Of a stretch of DNA of 64,000 nucleotides, positions 1 to 11,265 are shown in pieces. The notes beneath the pieces are model-generated. The model made no database searches, was not told where the DNA came from, and saw only the letters and a list, made by a program, of their open reading frames with translations. The stretch is taken from assembly GCA_964453045.1 (NCBI GenBank), contig CAYVNR010000006.1, positions 83,747 to 147,746 of the forward strand, in the 5' to 3' direction. Within the stretch, counting starts at the first letter, position 1, and every line of letters starts with the position of its first letter. Source of the stretch: an uncultured Flavobacteriaceae bacterium. Lineage in GTDB: Bacteria > Bacteroidota > Bacteroidia > Flavobacteriales > Flavobacteriaceae. Both the position numbers and the translations under genes were made by a program.

Positions 1-2
1 GT

Positions 3-245
3 ATTAAACGAAAATTCCCTGAACAGACCTTAGCTATTTTTGTAAAGCCACCCGACTTAAATGAACTGGTAAGGCGTCTCAAAGACCGAGGAGAGGAAAG
101 TGAAGAAAAAATAAGTATGCGTGTGGCAAAAGCACCAGCAGAATTGGCAACAGCTCCACTTTTTGATGAAATCGTTGTAAATGAAAGTTTGGAAACCGCA
201 TTAAAAAATGCTTATGATCTGGTTTCTGGGTTTGTAAATGAGTAA
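3..245 (+). CDS. gmk: Guanylate kinase, 3' part (truncated by window edge)
   Basis: Frame 3 reads ...LAIFVKPPDLNELVRRLKDRGEESEEKISMRVAKA...FDEIVVNESLE...*, a typical Gmk C-terminus; it sits directly upstream of nadD. Confidence 0.9.
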   Translation: MKRKFPEQTLAIFVKPPDLNELVRRLKDRGEESEEKISMRVAKAPAELATAPLFDEIVVNESLETALKNAYDLVSGFVNE

Positions 246-247
246 TT

Positions 248-826
248 ATGAAAATAGGCCTCTACTTCGGAACATTTAACCCCATACATGTTGGGCATTT
301 AACTATTGCCAACCATTTGGCTGAACATAGCGATTTAGATCAGGTTTGGTTTGTAGTTACCCCACAGAGTCCTTTTAAAAAGAAAAGCACATTGTTAGAT
401 GACCACCAACGGTTAGAGATGGTGTATCGTGCCACAAAAGATTATATTAAACTGAGACCCAGTGATATAGAATTTGGGTTAAAACAGCCCAACTATACCA
501 TAGATACACTCACATATCTTTTTGAAAAATTCCCAGAACACGAATTTGCATTGATTATGGGAGAGGATAATTTAAAGAGCTTTCATAAGTGGAAAAATTA
601 TGAACTTATTTTAGAAAATCATAGTATTTATGTCTATCCAAGATTATCGAAAGGCGAGGTAGAAACCCAATTTAATAATCATCCAAAAATTTTTAACATT
701 TCTGCGCCAATAATGGAGCTATCTTCTACGTTTATAAGAAAAGAGATTAAAGCTGGCAGAAATGTGAGGCCTATGTTATCCGATAATGTGTGGCATTATA
801 TAGACGAAATGAATTTTTATAGATAA
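248..826 (+). CDS. nadD: Nicotinate-nucleotide adenylyltransferase
   Basis: GTFNPIHVGH (HxGH) motif and SST motif; gmk-nadD synteny. Confidence 0.96.
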   Translation: MKIGLYFGTFNPIHVGHLTIANHLAEHSDLDQVWFVVTPQSPFKKKSTLLDDHQRLEMVYRATKDYIKLRPSDIEFGLKQPNYTIDTLTYLFEKFPEHEFALIMGEDNLKSFHKWKNYELILENHSIYVYPRLSKGEVETQFNNHPKIFNISAPIMELSSTFIRKEIKAGRNVRPMLSDNVWHYIDEMNFYR

Positions 827-907
827 TTTTAAAGTTATTGCTTACAAGTTTTTTTCTTTTTAAATAGAATATATATTTTTATAATCACCGTACTAAATTA
901 AAAAAGA

Positions 908-1246
908 ATGATTTTTACCATAGTTTTTTTAACAGCTATCATCACATTAATTACATCAAAAATCAGGACTATTGTGCTTAGAAATAATTTAGATGCAAAA
1001 AACGAAAAGCGTATCTTAATTACTGGTGTTTTAGTGGTGCTTTTTTTAATTACAAGTGCAACCTTACCTTATCCAGAATCATTGTATTGGTTCTTGGGAC
1101 TAGGAGTTGTCTTTACAAGCATTATCCTATCCTATAGTGTTGTTAAAATTGAGCTGAAGCGATTTCTTGCCCTGAAAACTAAAGATAAAGTTGTTAACGT
1201 ATTATTCTACAGCCTTTTAATCGTAGTTACAAATATCTATCTCTAG
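908..1246 (+). CDS. Small hypothetical membrane protein
   Basis: 112 aa with about 4 hydrophobic segments. Confidence 0.7.
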   Translation: MIFTIVFLTAIITLITSKIRTIVLRNNLDAKNEKRILITGVLVVLFLITSATLPYPESLYWFLGLGVVFTSIILSYSVVKIELKRFLALKTKDKVVNVLFYSLLIVVTNIYL

Positions 1247-1602
1247 AAATGGTAAAACGCATTTTCTAAATGCTCTATATCATAGCCGTTTTTTACTTTC
1301 ACAATCGCAATAATATCGAATCTCACTTCAATATTTAGACTGTTTTCTACAATATAAGCATCAACAGCTTTCACTAGGTTTTTTATTTGTTTTGGTTTTA
1401 CAAAATCTTGTGGGTTTCCAAAATCTATAGTAGAACGGGTTTTCACCTCAACAATAGCAAGAATATCATTTTTTTTGGCAATGATATCAACTTCAGCTTT
1501 CTCAAATCTATAATTGCGCTCAACAATATCATAATTATTTTTAATCAAAAAATCTACAGCTAGTGCTTCCCCTTTTTTTCCTAGTTCATTGTGTTGTGCC
1601 AT
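1243..1602 (-). CDS. yraN: YraN/UPF0102 family protein
   Basis: HNELGKKGE...ERNYR...EVDII...IVEVKTR...RFDII motifs; start moved to MAQHN at 1602. Confidence 0.92.
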   Translation of the reverse strand: MAQHNELGKKGEALAVDFLIKNNYDIVERNYRFEKAEVDIIAKKNDILAIVEVKTRSTIDFGNPQDFVKPKQIKNLVKAVDAYIVENSLNIEVRFDIIAIVKVKNGYDIEHLENAFYHF

Positions 1603-1706
1603 CGCACTAAAATAGAAAAATAGTATTACTTTTAAGTCACAAACAAATATCATAGCTCATCAACTCAGTATTTGACTTTCCTTTTAGCTTCGGACAGAAA
1701 AGTTCT

Positions 1707-2846
1707 TTGCTTTTAATATTCTTTTTTCACGGGATGGTCTTCTCATTTTTACTTCTGAGAAAAGGGCTTATTTATAATAATAGAGCAAGTAAATGGTTAA
1801 GCTTGTTGCTGTTTTTATATGCCATGTATATCGTACCTTACATGTTAGGCTATGCAAACTGGTATTCTAAAAAATTGACTAGAGAGATTCTGTTTTTTGT
1901 GCCTTTTATGCAGGTTTTGTTGATAGGACCGGTTGTATATTTTTACACCAAAAGCTTATTGAACGCAGATTTTAAGCTTTCAAAAAAAGATTATATTCAT
2001 TATATACCTGCTATATTATATGCCATTTATAGTCTGATTGTCTTTGTCACGGATAAAATCATCTTAAATGAATATTACTTCTACGCAGATGGCAGGGACA
2101 AAGATTTGGCAAATTGGTACCAAGCAACTGGCCTGGTTTCAATGAGCTTCTATTTGGTTTTGAGCCTTCGCTTATATTCTAACTATAAAAAACTACTTTT
2201 TGATAAAGTAAGTTATGCAGAAACTTTATTGTTTAAATGGATTCGTAACTTTATGATTGCTTTTTTAAGTATACTCATACTGAGAGCACTCTTTTTTATT
2301 ACTAATCCCAACTGGGGAGAATTCGGAAGCCAGTTTTGGCATTACATCGCATTTTCTTTTATCTTTTATTATATAGCTATTACAGGTTACAGCAACATTA
2401 TTAAACAGACCGCTCTATTCAACGAAAAACTAAAAACCATCAATATCTTTGATGATGAGGATTTGGTTTCAAAAAATACCATTAAACCTAGCCATACAGA
2501 TAAAGACCTCACACTCTGGAAAGACAAACTTTCTAGACTCATGACTGAAAAACATATTTTTGAAAATCCTCGCTTGACACTTTCTGATGTGGCAAAAGAA
2601 TTGGGCACAACTACAAAGACCATTTCTTCAGTGGTAAATTCTGAATTTAACATGAATTTTAATGACTTTATTAATCATTATAGGATTGAAGCTGTAAAAG
2701 ATAAGTTAGACAAAGGCGAACACAATAAATCTACACTTTTGGGTATTGCTTTAGATTGCGGGTTCAACAGCAAAGCAACTTTTAACAGAGCTTTTAAGAA
2801 AAGCACATCACTTTCACCCAAGGATTATCTAGAAAGAATCATATAG
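1707..2846 (+). CDS. Membrane-anchored AraC-family regulator
   Basis: Several N-terminal TM segments; C-terminal AraC HTH (CGFNSKATFNRAFKK). Start uncertain. Confidence 0.9.
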   Translation: MLLIFFFHGMVFSFLLLRKGLIYNNRASKWLSLLLFLYAMYIVPYMLGYANWYSKKLTREILFFVPFMQVLLIGPVVYFYTKSLLNADFKLSKKDYIHYIPAILYAIYSLIVFVTDKIILNEYYFYADGRDKDLANWYQATGLVSMSFYLVLSLRLYSNYKKLLFDKVSYAETLLFKWIRNFMIAFLSILILRALFFITNPNWGEFGSQFWHYIAFSFIFYYIAITGYSNIIKQTALFNEKLKTINIFDDEDLVSKNTIKPSHTDKDLTLWKDKLSRLMTEKHIFENPRLTLSDVAKELGTTTKTISSVVNSEFNMNFNDFINHYRIEAVKDKLDKGEHNKSTLLGIALDCGFNSKATFNRAFKKSTSLSPKDYLERII

Positions 2847-2999
2847 AAATAGGTCTCAAATCAAGATTTGAAGCGTTTGGCTTTACTATTACCCAGACTT
2901 TTACATCAAAATAAATGAACACGAAACGTCAGTAACTAACTTACAATTGTATTGAAAGGTGTTAACTGGGATGCTTCATAAGACCAAAGATTACAAAAG

Positions 3000-4625
3000 A
3001 TGAAAACAATAGTTACACTGAGCTTTCTGCTCATCTCAACTTTAATACATTCACAGAGGCAAATAAAAATGGTTGATTCTGTAGTCAACTCAAAACTATC
3101 AGATAATGATCCAGGAATATTTGTTGGTATCATAAAAGAAGGCAAAATCATTTATGAAGGTTATAAAGGCTTAGCTAATTTGCAGCATAAAGTAAGTATC
3201 AATGCTGATTCTCGCTCAAATATAGCATCAACAGCGAAGCAATTTACAGCATTGATAACGTTGAGTTTAGCCATGGATGGGAGACTTAGCTTAGAAGATG
3301 ATATTAGAAAGTACATACCCAACTTATATCCTAAAGTAACCGACAAAATTAAAATAAGACACTTAATAAACCATACTAGTGGCATTAGGGATTATGCAGA
3401 TTTAATGAGCATTCAAAGAAATCCTTGGTGGAAACGCATAGCCATGGATAATGATGATGTTATTGAAAAATTACTTGTAAAACAGGAAGATTTGGCTTTT
3501 AAGCCTGGGACAAGATACATGTACAGCAATTCTGGTTATATTTTATTGACTAAGATTATTGAAGTGGTGTCAGGAGAGAAATTCCATAACTACTCAGAAG
3601 AATTCTTCAAAAACTTAGGAATGAACAACACTTCATTTCTAAAAAATTATATGTACGTTATTCCTAATCAAGTATTGCCTTACTCAGACTGGGGAGATGG
3701 GGTCTGGCAACAATATCCCATGTTAACCAATCTGTATGGTGATGGCTTCTTATTTACCACATTAAAAGACCAGTTAATCTTTGAGGTAGCCATACAAAAT
3801 GCAAAAGACAACAACAATAGATTATTGATAGAAAGTCAAAAACCAATACCTAACAGTGAGATAACAAGTTATGGTTTTGGGTTAGATCTAAAAAATAGGT
3901 TGAATTTTAAATCAGTTCATCATTCTGGTAGCACGGGATCTTACCATGCTCAAACCATTAGATTTCCAGAGGAAAAGTTGACTGTTTTTGTTATGAGCAA
4001 CAATAGTAGGCTATGGAGTGGCACCATTGCAGATGAAATCGCTTTATTGTTCCTTCCCAAAAGAGAGACAAATATTGTATATGACGAACGATTGAACACT
4101 ATTTTGAATGATTTGGACAAAACACAACTGATAGGACAATATTTGTCGTCTAACGATAATATTATCTGCATTGGTGAAAAGAATGGAACATTAACATGGA
4201 GAAGCGGAAACAACAATCCAATTGAGCTCGAAAAGGAACAACAGAATCTGTACACTACAACGTATGATTCAAAAACAAAAGTAGCATTTTATAAAAATGA
4301 ACTTATCGTATTCCATCCTTCGGGTAAAGCAGATGTATATAAGAAAATACCTGTAGAAAAACCTACCATTGCAGATTTTGAAAGCTATGTTGGTCAATAT
4401 TACAGCAGGGAATTAGATGTCGGCTTTTCTATAAATTATGAAAATGAAAGACTAACTTTTAGGTTGAATGGTTGGGATAAAGCTCAAAATTTAGAAGTGT
4501 TAAACAGAGATAGACTAATGGTTTTTGATTACATTTTAAAAATAGACCGCAACCCATTTAATAGAGTTACTGGGATTCTTCTAACAACAAATCGTGTGCT
4601 CAATAATAAATTTATAAAAAAATAA
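3000..4625 (+). CDS. Secreted serine hydrolase, beta-lactamase/AmpC-like family
   Basis: Signal peptide, SxxK (STAK), YSN and HSG motifs. Confidence 0.88.
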   Translation: MKTIVTLSFLLISTLIHSQRQIKMVDSVVNSKLSDNDPGIFVGIIKEGKIIYEGYKGLANLQHKVSINADSRSNIASTAKQFTALITLSLAMDGRLSLEDDIRKYIPNLYPKVTDKIKIRHLINHTSGIRDYADLMSIQRNPWWKRIAMDNDDVIEKLLVKQEDLAFKPGTRYMYSNSGYILLTKIIEVVSGEKFHNYSEEFFKNLGMNNTSFLKNYMYVIPNQVLPYSDWGDGVWQQYPMLTNLYGDGFLFTTLKDQLIFEVAIQNAKDNNNRLLIESQKPIPNSEITSYGFGLDLKNRLNFKSVHHSGSTGSYHAQTIRFPEEKLTVFVMSNNSRLWSGTIADEIALLFLPKRETNIVYDERLNTILNDLDKTQLIGQYLSSNDNIICIGEKNGTLTWRSGNNNPIELEKEQQNLYTTTYDSKTKVAFYKNELIVFHPSGKADVYKKIPVEKPTIADFESYVGQYYSRELDVGFSINYENERLTFRLNGWDKAQNLEVLNRDRLMVFDYILKIDRNPFNRVTGILLTTNRVLNNKFIKK

Positions 4626-4692
4626 ACTTAAAGTTTGAGCAACCACATTAGTGATAAAAAACCACAAAAGCTTTTATTAGAGAACCTTGTAA

Positions 4693-5718
4693 TTACTTTT
4701 TAAAATTAATTAAAGTCTTATCGCTCTCAACCTTTAGCTCAACGGTCATCCCTAAAGTCATGGCCAAATTTTTCTTTTCGTGACCTGCAGGCATGCCAAA
4801 TGCGATTGGAAAATCGTAATCCGCTAAAGCATCTAAAATCAATTGCTCTACAGAAGTTCCCCAAAGCGTTGTATTTTTCCTTAACCGAGACATATCGCCG
4901 ACAATAAGTCCGTTTAAATTGTCAAAATAGCCAGCGCGTTTCATACTTTGCAACATACGGTCTATATGATATTTGTATTCCCCTATTTCCTCGATAAACA
5001 AAATCTTTCCAGACGTATCTATACTCTCTTTAGAGCCCAACATAGTATGTAACATCGTAAGGTTTCCACCAACTAATTCACCAGAAGCCTCACCTGTTCT
5101 ATTGTATTGGGTAGGCTCTAAATCGAAGTTGGTCGGGTTACCAAACAACGCCATTTTAAATGTTTCAATCGTATACTCAATCTCGCTCAAATCTTTAGTA
5201 AGACTTACACACATTAATGCATGTATAGACATAAAGCCATTGTTGTGCAACTGATTATGCAATGCCGTTATATCGCTATAACCTACAATCCACTTTGGGT
5301 TTTTCCTAAACTTGGTATAATCTAACTTATCTAAAATACGTACGGTTCCGTAACCGCCTCTGGCACACCATATAGCACTTATTTTTGGATCATCCATAGC
5401 TTTTTGTAAATCCTCACAGCGTTCATCATCAGTACCGGCAAAATGATTGGCTTTACTAAATACATGCTTACCTATAACTACATGCAATCCCCAGCTTTTT
5501 AATAAACCTACGGCTTGTTGTACCTCCCGTTCTCGATTTTTTAATATTCCTGATGGTGCTACAATAGCAACTGTATCGCCTGCTTTTAGATATGGGGGTC
5601 TTATTAATTCTGATGTCATCTCTATGGAATTATCAGTTTCATTTTGAGCATATATCGCTTCGTTAAAAACCAAAACAATGGCAAAAAAAGATACTATGAT
5701 AACTTGTCTCAAAATCAT
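4693..5718 (-). CDS. LD-carboxypeptidase (peptidase S66)
   Basis: RGGYG, GYSDIT and GGNL motifs, EEIGE; probable start MILRQ at 5718 with a signal-like N-terminus. Confidence 0.9.
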   Translation of the reverse strand: MILRQVIIVSFFAIVLVFNEAIYAQNETDNSIEMTSELIRPPYLKAGDTVAIVAPSGILKNREREVQQAVGLLKSWGLHVVIGKHVFSKANHFAGTDDERCEDLQKAMDDPKISAIWCARGGYGTVRILDKLDYTKFRKNPKWIVGYSDITALHNQLHNNGFMSIHALMCVSLTKDLSEIEYTIETFKMALFGNPTNFDLEPTQYNRTGEASGELVGGNLTMLHTMLGSKESIDTSGKILFIEEIGEYKYHIDRMLQSMKRAGYFDNLNGLIVGDMSRLRKNTTLWGTSVEQLILDALADYDFPIAFGMPAGHEKKNLAMTLGMTVELKVESDKTLINFKK

Positions 5719-5802
5719 AAAAACTGCTTTTTGTAAATGTACATTTTTTTTCTTACTCGCCTTTATATTATGTACTTTTGTGCCTTTCAACATATTGAAA
5801 TT

Positions 5803-7893
5803 ATGGCAAAAAGATATACCATTACAGCAGCACTACCCTACACTAACGGACCAATACATATTGGCCATTTGGCAGGTGTGTATGTTCCTGCTGATATATA
5901 TTCAAGATACTTAAGACTAACTGGTAATGATGTTGCCTTTATTTGCGGTAGTGATGAGCATGGTGTGCCAATTACAATCAAAGCAAAAAAAGAAGGGGTA
6001 ACACCTCAAGATATTGTAGATAAATACCATGCCATAATTAAAGCATCGTTTGAAGATTTTGGTATTTCCTTTGATAATTACTCGCGCACCTCAGCGAAAA
6101 TCCATCATAGTACGGCTTCAGATTTTTTTAAAACCTTATATGAAAAAAACGAATTTGTAGAGGAAACTTCTGAGCAACTTTACGATGCCGAAGCCAACCA
6201 GTTTTTAGCAGATAGATTTGTTGTGGGGACTTGCCCTAAATGTGGTTATGAGGAAGCTTACGGGGATCAGTGCGAAAACTGTGGAAGTAGTCTCAATGCT
6301 ACAGATTTAATTAACCCAAAATCTGCCATTACAGGAAACAAGCCATCACTTAAAGAAACCAAACATTGGTTTTTACCTTTAAATAAATATGAAACTTTTT
6401 TAACAGATTGGATACTAAAAGGACACAAAAAAGATTGGAAACCCAATGTATATGGGCAAGTAAAATCTTGGGTGGATGATGGGCTACGACCTAGAGCAGT
6501 AACGCGTGATTTAGATTGGGGAATTCCAGTGCCTGTAGAAGGTGGAGAGGGCAAAGTGCTCTACGTATGGTTTGATGCACCAATAGGTTATATTTCAGCA
6601 ACCAAAGAATGGGCAGAACGCGAAGGCAAAAACTGGGAGGATTATTGGAAAGATGACAACACAACTTTGGTTCACTTTATTGGTAAGGACAATATTGTTT
6701 TTCACTGCATTATTTTTCCTTGTATGCTAAAAGCTGAAGGCTCTTATATCTTACCAGAAAACGTACCAGCTAACGAGTTTTTGAATCTTGAAGGCAATAA
6801 ACTATCAACCTCTAAAAACTGGGCAGTTTGGCTACCAGATTATTTAGAGGACTTTCCTAATCAGCAAGACGTGCTGCGTTATGCTTTAACTGCCAACGCC
6901 CCAGAAACCAAGGACAATGATTTTACCTGGAAAGATTTTCAAGCAAGAAACAATAATGAATTGGTTGCCATATTTGGAAATTTTATAAATCGTGTTGTGG
7001 TACTAACCAATAAGTATTATGATGGTATTGTTCCAGAACCGTCGACATACAAACAGATTGATGAAGATACTTTAGCTGCACTAAGAGCATATCCAGATGT
7101 GATTGCAAGTTCTATTGAGCGTTACCGTTTTAGAGAAGGAAGCCAAGAATTGATGAATTTAGCACGTTTAGGTAACAAATACTTAGCAGACGAAGAGCCT
7201 TGGAAAACTATTAAAACTGACGAAGAGCGTACAAAAACCGTAATGTTTATTGCATTGCAAATAGCATCTGCCCTAGCCGTTCTGTGCGAACCTTTTTTGC
7301 CGTTTACGTCAAAAAAGTTAAAACAAATTCTATGTCATGCTGAACTTGACTCAGAATTAGAATGGGGCAATGTTTCAAACGAAGCAATTTTACTGCCGGT
7401 TAACCATTCAATCCGAAAGGGAAAACCTGAGCTATTATTCTCTAAAATTGAAGATATAGAAATACAGAAGCAGCTCGATAAACTCGAGGCCAGTAAAAAA
7501 GCCAATGCGGCTGCGAAAAAAACTGTAGAACCTCAAAAAGAAGAAATTACCTTTGATGATTTTACAAAACTAGACCTTAGGGTAGGTACTATTTTAGAGG
7601 CTGAAAAAATGCCAAAAACCAAAAAACTATTAGTTTTAAAAGTAGATACGGGGATTGACACACGCACCATCGTATCGGGTATAGCTGAGAGTTTTACACC
7701 AGAAGAGGTGGTCGGTAAGCGTGTTACCGTTTTAGTAAATCTGGCACCAAGGGCATTGCGTGGTGTAGAAAGTCAAGGTATGATTTTAATGACCGAAGAT
7801 GAGAACGGTAATTTGGTGTTTGTCAATCCTGATAGTTCCGCTATGCTAGGCAATAATGACATTAAGGTATCTAATGGGTTAAAGATTAGTTAA
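5803..7893 (+). CDS. metG: Methionine--tRNA ligase
   Basis: [13 protein letters not shown] (HIGH), KLSTS (KMSKS-like), Zn knuckle, C-terminal tRNA-binding domain; start moved to MAKRY. Confidence 0.97.
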   Translation: MAKRYTITAALPYTNGPIHIGHLAGVYVPADIYSRYLRLTGNDVAFICGSDEHGVPITIKAKKEGVTPQDIVDKYHAIIKASFEDFGISFDNYSRTSAKIHHSTASDFFKTLYEKNEFVEETSEQLYDAEANQFLADRFVVGTCPKCGYEEAYGDQCENCGSSLNATDLINPKSAITGNKPSLKETKHWFLPLNKYETFLTDWILKGHKKDWKPNVYGQVKSWVDDGLRPRAVTRDLDWGIPVPVEGGEGKVLYVWFDAPIGYISATKEWAEREGKNWEDYWKDDNTTLVHFIGKDNIVFHCIIFPCMLKAEGSYILPENVPANEFLNLEGNKLSTSKNWAVWLPDYLEDFPNQQDVLRYALTANAPETKDNDFTWKDFQARNNNELVAIFGNFINRVVVLTNKYYDGIVPEPSTYKQIDEDTLAALRAYPDVIASSIERYRFREGSQELMNLARLGNKYLADEEPWKTIKTDEERTKTVMFIALQIASALAVLCEPFLPFTSKKLKQILCHAELDSELEWGNVSNEAILLPVNHSIRKGKPELLFSKIEDIEIQKQLDKLEASKKANAAAKKTVEPQKEEITFDDFTKLDLRVGTILEAEKMPKTKKLLVLKVDTGIDTRTIVSGIAESFTPEEVVGKRVTVLVNLAPRALRGVESQGMILMTEDENGNLVFVNPDSSAMLGNNDIKVSNGLKIS

Positions 7894-7949
7894 TTGCCCA
7901 TAATGAGTATAGTTTTTGTGTTATCTTTATTAGATAAACCTCACGAATT

Positions 7950-10340
7950 ATGAAAACTATCTTTACAATATTTGTATGTGTTTTTGCTTTATCCAGTACC
8001 GTGATAAACTCACAGACCAGTGCCAAGTTTGATGATGTAGCTGTCACCTTCGAAAACTACTCCTCACCTTACAGAGAAGTCGTGTATACACATGTCAATA
8101 AATCCATCTATATTAAAGGTGAAATGCTGGGGTTCAATAGTTATGTACTAGAAAAGGATACTCAACGTTTATCCAAATCTTCCAAGAACCTATATTGCGT
8201 CATTACGGATAGTAACGACAATATCATTAAAAGTAAATTAGTTAAAGTGACCAATGGATTTGCAAATAATGTATTTGATATTGATAGTTCTTTCTCCTCA
8301 GGTTATTACACATTTAAGACCTACACTAACTGGATGCGGAATTTTGATGAGAAAAATGCTTACATCCAGAGTTTTAGGGTTATAGATCCTGAAAAAGAAA
8401 CACGAGACGAAATTCGAAGAATTGATAACGAACTTGATGTTCAGTTTTTACCCGAAGGAGGGCATTTTATAGATCAAGTTAAGACAAATGTTGGTGTTAT
8501 AATAAAAAATAAATTAGGCTTTGGAGTGCCAAATGTTAACGGTATCGTATACGATAAAAACGACAATGTAATTACGCATTTTAAGACCAACGCCATGGGC
8601 ATAGGTAGACTAGAGCTTAAACCAGATATGACCAACAATTTTAAGGCAAAGCTAAATTATGCCAATAGGGATTTTACGTTTAATTTAGGCCCTATTAAAC
8701 CCCAAGGCGTTTCAATAACCGTAAACAACTTTAGAAATAAGGAAGTTTTTTTAATGCTGTCCACCAATGACAAAACATTAAATTTCATTAAAAATAAAAC
8801 CTACAAACTATCCATACATAATGGCAAATCCCTAAAAGTAATGGATGTTAATTTCGAGGACAACGATGTATTAGTGCAGTTCGATCCTAAAAACCTCTAC
8901 AGAGGTATAAACATTTTTACACTTTTTGATGAGCAAAACCAACCTATTTTAGAGCGTATGGTTTTTAATTACCAGGGTATGGAATTATCTAAACTGGGTA
9001 CTCCAAGTATTGGCAAGATTAAAGATTCTGTTCATATCAGTATGAGAATTGACAAACAGATAAAAGATTTAGAAAATGTGAACGTTAGCATTTCTGCATT
9101 GCCAAAAGGTACAAAATCCTATAATGGACACCACAATATAATATCGCAAACGTATCTTCAACCTTATGTTAACGGCTATATAGAAAATGCCTCCTATTAT
9201 TTTAGTGACACAAATGAGAAAAAAGCCTTCGAATTAGACAATTTACTTATAACCCAAGGCTGGAGCAGCTACGATTGGAATATCATTACCAACAATGAAA
9301 TGAAAACCAATCACGTATTTGAAGATGGTATAGTAGTACAAGTAAACAATAACAATCCCAAAGATTCTGATTTCTTAATACACTCAATGGGTGAAGATGA
9401 TGGTTTTGTCGCTAGTGTTGACAAAGACAATAACAGCTTTATACAGCAAGGGTTTTTCCCAACTGAGACCGAAAATTTAACCATCTCTGCCTTAGGCAAC
9501 AATGGTAAGCTTAAGGTGCCTAATATTTATGTGCAATATGCACCTTCCAAGATACCTAATTTCAGAAATAATTATGAAGTTTTAAATCCAAAAGAACCAA
9601 CAATAACAGAATTTACCCTAAACACATACCTAACGTTAGACAAGCCCAATTTATCCAAAAATGTACTCGATGAAGTGGTCATTAAAGCCAAAACTGATAG
9701 AGAAAGGAAGATAGAAGGATTTACTAACAGCGCCTTTTATAACGTAACAGATGTTTTTGACGAAAATAGCCCTTACAGGAATCTGACACTAGCCAATTAC
9801 CTCCTCAGCAGAGGGTTTAGAGCTTACGAACAATTAGGTCAGCTTGTTGTCCAAATTCCACAATCTACATCTTTCGGTGCCAGTAATTTGGGTGTAGTTT
9901 TCTATGTGGATGATGTTCGCTATACTGAAACAGATCATCTCATTAATTTTGATATGAGAACCGTAGACTACATAGCCATAAATCGTTATGGAATGGGCAA
10001 TGGTTTATTGGATGGAATTTCTCCCGTAATTAGAATTTACACAAAAATAGGGGATCAACCGACTAAACCCATAAAGCGTTACAAAGCCCATAAGTTTCCA
10101 TTAAGTTTCTCTAAATCTAAAAAGTTCTACACCCCAAAATATAGCAGTTACAATAGTGATTTTTATTATAGCTTCGGCGTAATAGATTGGTTGCCCAACT
10201 GTAAAATTGATGAAAACGGATACCTAACATTCAAATTAAGTGATTTAACCAGTGATGTGACCCTATTTATAGAAGGAGTTGCTGGTGATGGGCGTTTTTT
10301 GTCAACTACAAAGACTCTAAATCTTGGGGATTTTAATTAA
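7950..10340 (+). CDS. Large secreted Bacteroidota protein (MG2-like N-terminus, plug-like C-terminal region)
   Basis: Signal peptide, AYTNWMRNF-like and FLPEGG motifs, LDNLLITQGW and LDEVVIKA motifs typical of this conserved family. Confidence 0.6.
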   Translation: MKTIFTIFVCVFALSSTVINSQTSAKFDDVAVTFENYSSPYREVVYTHVNKSIYIKGEMLGFNSYVLEKDTQRLSKSSKNLYCVITDSNDNIIKSKLVKVTNGFANNVFDIDSSFSSGYYTFKTYTNWMRNFDEKNAYIQSFRVIDPEKETRDEIRRIDNELDVQFLPEGGHFIDQVKTNVGVIIKNKLGFGVPNVNGIVYDKNDNVITHFKTNAMGIGRLELKPDMTNNFKAKLNYANRDFTFNLGPIKPQGVSITVNNFRNKEVFLMLSTNDKTLNFIKNKTYKLSIHNGKSLKVMDVNFEDNDVLVQFDPKNLYRGINIFTLFDEQNQPILERMVFNYQGMELSKLGTPSIGKIKDSVHISMRIDKQIKDLENVNVSISALPKGTKSYNGHHNIISQTYLQPYVNGYIENASYYFSDTNEKKAFELDNLLITQGWSSYDWNIITNNEMKTNHVFEDGIVVQVNNNNPKDSDFLIHSMGEDDGFVASVDKDNNSFIQQGFFPTETENLTISALGNNGKLKVPNIYVQYAPSKIPNFRNNYEVLNPKEPTITEFTLNTYLTLDKPNLSKNVLDEVVIKAKTDRERKIEGFTNSAFYNVTDVFDENSPYRNLTLANYLLSRGFRAYEQLGQLVVQIPQSTSFGASNLGVVFYVDDVRYTETDHLINFDMRTVDYIAINRYGMGNGLLDGISPVIRIYTKIGDQPTKPIKRYKAHKFPLSFSKSKKFYTPKYSSYNSDFYYSFGVIDWLPNCKIDENGYLTFKLSDLTSDVTLFIEGVAGDGRFLSTTKTLNLGDFN

Positions 10341-11243
10341 ATGCTGAAAATAGCAAACCATTCAATTTATAAACACCCATTACCAAAAGGACATCGTTTT
10401 CCAATGGAAAAATATGAGTTATTGCCACAGCAACTCCTCTACGAAGGTACCTGCAATAGCAATAATTTTTTTGAACCCACCAAACCAAATGATAAACATA
10501 TTTTGGCGGTTCATGAGCCAGAGTATTATTACGACTTGGTCAACATCACTTTAAACCAGCGAGCTGCGCGAAAACTGGGTTTCCCCTTAAGCGAAAGCCT
10601 AGTTGAACGTGAAGTGTTTATTGCAGATGGCACAATAAAAGCTAGTGAATTTGCTTTAAAACACGGTATCGCCATGAATGTAGCGGGAGGTACGCACCAT
10701 GCCTACACCAATCGTGGCGAAGCGTTTTGTCTATTAAATGACCAAGCCATTGGCACACGCTATCTTCAATACAGAAAGCTTGCGGAAAAAGTTCTAATCG
10801 TAGACTTAGATGTGCATCAAGGCAACGGAACGGCTGAAATTTTTCAAAATGACCGTTCCGTTTTTACATTTTCCATGCATGGTAAAGGCAATTATCCTTT
10901 TAAAAAAGAACAAAGCGATTTAGACATCGCATTAGAAAATAACACTGACGATGACACTTACCTCACTATTTTAAAAGACACCTTACCAAAACTCATTAAT
11001 CAATACCAACCAGATTTTATATATTACCTCTGCGGTGTTGATGTTATAGCAACTGATAAGTTAGGAAAATTGGGGCTTTCCGTGCAAGGCTGCAAAGAAA
11101 GAGACCGTTTTGTTTTACAACAGTGTAGAATGAATAATATTCCCGTTATGTGTAGTATGGGCGGAGGTTATTCCCCAGACATAAAAACTATAGTTGATGC
11201 GCATGCCAATACATTTAGATTGGCTCAAGAGATTTTCTTTTAA
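10341..11243 (+). CDS. Histone deacetylase-family protein
   Basis: GGTHHA, DLDVHQGNGT and GGGY motifs. Confidence 0.93.
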   Translation: MLKIANHSIYKHPLPKGHRFPMEKYELLPQQLLYEGTCNSNNFFEPTKPNDKHILAVHEPEYYYDLVNITLNQRAARKLGFPLSESLVEREVFIADGTIKASEFALKHGIAMNVAGGTHHAYTNRGEAFCLLNDQAIGTRYLQYRKLAEKVLIVDLDVHQGNGTAEIFQNDRSVFTFSMHGKGNYPFKKEQSDLDIALENNTDDDTYLTILKDTLPKLINQYQPDFIYYLCGVDVIATDKLGKLGLSVQGCKERDRFVLQQCRMNNIPVMCSMGGGYSPDIKTIVDAHANTFRLAQEIFF

Positions 11244-11265
11244 ATGTATCACAGTCAAATTTTCC